Below, piece by piece: positions 61,290 to 64,000 of a stretch of DNA of 64,000 nucleotides. Source of the DNA: Camelus ferus. Its lineage: Eukaryota. The notes under the pieces were generated by a model, which saw nothing but the letters and a program-made list of their open reading frames with translations, did not search any database and had not been told where the DNA came from. Positions within the stretch are counted from its first letter, which is position 1. Each line of letters opens with the position of its first letter. Position numbers and translations under genes: made by a program. Where the stretch lies: positions 94,614,001 through 94,678,000 of the forward strand of contig NC_045696.1 in NCBI RefSeq assembly GCF_009834535.1, written 5' to 3'.

Positions 61290-63564
61290 ATGTAGGCTAT
61301 TTCAGCAAACACCTTGTTTCACTGCACTTATCAAAATCATAACCATTTTTAAGATTTATTTATTTATTATTTTTTGTTAAAATTATTTTTTATTTTATTA
61401 TGAATGAAGCACAATATCTTTTCTTTTTTTTACATTTCATAACCATTTAAAAAAATTAATTCACCTGTTTATTTATAAGCCTCATGAGGATGGAGATGTT
61501 ATCTTTCTTGCATATGTTCAGATCAGAAAGTACATGGTTGTACTATGAGGAACCTAATAAGTATTTGTTGAGTGATTATAAAAATTTAAAACTGGGACTA
61601 CAGCTTTGGGATAAAGCCCCTTACCTTATTTCCACATCCCTTTATACAGATGAGGCAGAATGGAGGAAACCCATTTCTTACTACAAGTGAAAAAAGCCAT
61701 TTACAAGGTTTCAGACCATGCACAGAAAGGCACACAGAACAGAAATAGCACTACTTATGGACATTAATTTTCCCGTGAGTTCTCTAATCTCTGGTTGGCT
61801 TCCAGAGCATGGCAGATGCTCGGCCCACATAGAAGCTGGGTGACTCCACCATGTGGTTTCACTCCTGCATCAAGGCAAGCACCCAGGAAGAGTGGCAACC
61901 TCCCCAGATTCCACGCCCAGGACAGGGCCTTCTCCTCCAGCAATGCATTTCATTGACTGATACCCTTTCTGCTCACTTGAAGGCCTTACACCACACCCTA
62001 TTATTTGGAGCTGAACTGTTTCCTAGAAATGCCAGAGGTCTTGGAATTTAACTCTAAAATTCAGCTATAGTCAATAGGACACAAATGTGTCTTTTAACCC
62101 TAAGATTCAAGAGACGTCCTACATAGATCTGAGTCTCCAGAGCCCAGTTTCTCCCAACTTAAATGGGGTTTGAGCTTCCACATGTGCTAATGAGAGCATG
62201 CCCAAGTGCCCTTGCAGGCAGGCCCACACTGATTTCAACCGCAGAGTCCGGAGAGAAGGGTGACCTTGATGCCAAGGAAACTTGCTGTTCAAGAATCACA
62301 GGACACTGTGGATTCACTCTTTTAGGAGGAAGTTCCATGAAAAGAAAAAACTGTACTCTCACTCAAAGGATGACACGACTATGAAGTTGACCCTGCCCTG
62401 GTGAAATCCGGCTAATGCGTTGTGTTCTTTGGTCAGGAGCTGTGCTGGGGAGCAGGTCATGATAAAGAAAGGCTAATAAACTTAGGTGACTTATTTAAAT
62501 TCACTTAAACATACAGCGTACTAGCTAGTCTTCCTGGTGCTGTCAGGTGATTCACTGGCCACGGTTTCATAAATGTATCTCTGTGGCTTCTATGGAGATT
62601 TGCTGCCTGTTTGTAAAACCATGACTTGTTTTCTCCATGTATGGCAGCATTTTAGTGCAAAGTGCATGTCTATCTTCAGTGTTCAGTGGGGAACGGGTGA
62701 GGGATGGTTCACCAGTGGCCTCTCCAAGAAGGTGACTGGCTATAAATCTGAATAATCTTTAAGAGCCCTAAAATGAATTTCATGCATGCATATAATAGAA
62801 GCCAGATCATCTCAGATAGATTCTCTGTTTTATAAAAGAAATCTGGCCCTTATTAAATGATGGGTAACTGAGAGAACCTTTGATTTGCTTCTACATATTC
62901 CCGTAGCCTTAAGAGTTTTATAACCTAAATCCCATTAAAAAAAGATACATATGTGTACTGAGGGGTAGAGAAACTTCTAGAACCTCACTCCAGATGTTCA
63001 CACTTGAACTAAGTATATGACTTGTGAGATGTACAGTAATAAGAACTCTGGGCTTGATTTTAGGGAGGGGAGGAGGGTTGGCAGCACTGAGCACAGTAAC
63101 TTTCTCTTGAGGAGTTGGGACATTTTCTCCTTGCGGACAGTGTGAACTGTGTTTCCCCTTTTTCTTTGGCCTCCAGGAGTTACATTCAGAACTCAACTTT
63201 AATTCTCAGCGTTTCCATCGTGTACAGCTTGAAGGCCGCCTGTCTGGGTTCTAACCTTTCCTGTTCAGTGTCCTGGAGATTAGGCATACCACACTGCCTC
63301 GCTGGGCCTCAGAGCTCTCAAAAGTAAGACAAAAGTGGTTTCAAAGCATTTAGGAGTGAGCCGTGTTCCCATGGCCACCTCTGGAGGGCAAAGCTCTGGG
63401 ACTGAGGGTCGGCTGGCTCCAGTCCCAAAGCAAAGATGATGCCATTTCTGCTGGTTTACACCCTAGAAAAAGACTTCCTTGGAAAACGTTGGTAGAACTT
63501 GAAAGCTCTTGTGCCCTCGTCATTTCTGAAGCCTCTCTCAGCTTTAAAAACTTTTAGACTAAGA

Positions 63565-63725
63565 TTAGGGATCAAAAGATGGGCATTCTCATTCAGGTTC
63601 TTCCACTAACCTGCTGTGTAATTTAAGCAGGTCACTCTTCCGTGCTGGACGTTTGTGTTTCTCATCTGTAAATTTAAGGGAATTGAATGCAGTGATTTGG
63701 CAGGTTGCTTCTGCTCTTAAAATGC
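63565..63725 (+). mobile_element. MIR SINE fragment
   Basis: 'ccactaacctgctgtgt...ggtcact...gtttctcatctgtaaa'. Confidence 0.65.
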
Positions 63726-64000
63726 TTTATCTCCTCTCTCCCTCTCACCTGATTTCCCAAGCATCTGCTCCTGTAGAATGTGGCCTCAGGCAGAGGGATC
63801 ACAGGGACAGAAAGAGAGGAGGCTGACACAGTTTCCTCCCTGTTTTCTTTCCCACTGCTTTACATTGTGACCGGATTTATTTCAAGAAAAGCAAATAAAG
63901 AAAGGATAAGTAGAGGACTGGATAAGCAGAGACATAACATTTAACTCTGGAATCACTGTGAAACTGTTTTATTTGCTCAACAGAAGTTTCATGAAAATGA

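Noticed and set aside
1..64000. A novel multi-gene biological system
   Set aside because: Only one credible gene is present; the other ORFs in the track are short and mostly overlap transposon fossils or low-complexity DNA.

Overview
Mammalian genomic DNA, almost certainly a camelid (Camelus/Vicugna/Lama), judged from four tRNA-derived Vic-1-type SINEs and camelid-type L1 3' ends. The only supportable protein-coding gene is the intronless small GTPase gene RAP2B (minus strand, 44653-45204). It lies in a CpG island, with a long putative 3' UTR and a motif-rich promoter: a p53 response element, GC boxes, four CCAAT boxes, two MEF2-type sites, (GCC)10 and two uAUGs. The rest is intergenic sequence full of transposon fossils. 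The largest is a ~5.3 kb degraded ERV1 (MER41-like) provirus at ~14020-19358 with two LTRs, a degenerate PBS, a PPT and a disrupted env TM/immunosuppressive-domain remnant. Charlie1a, MER81, MER5, MER20, MER58, MER91, Tigger MITEs, MLT1, MIR, L2 and L1 fragments are also present. I found no evidence for a novel multi-gene system, CRISPR array or true RNA gene. Repeat family names come from recalled consensus sequences and need RepeatMasker/Dfam confirmation.
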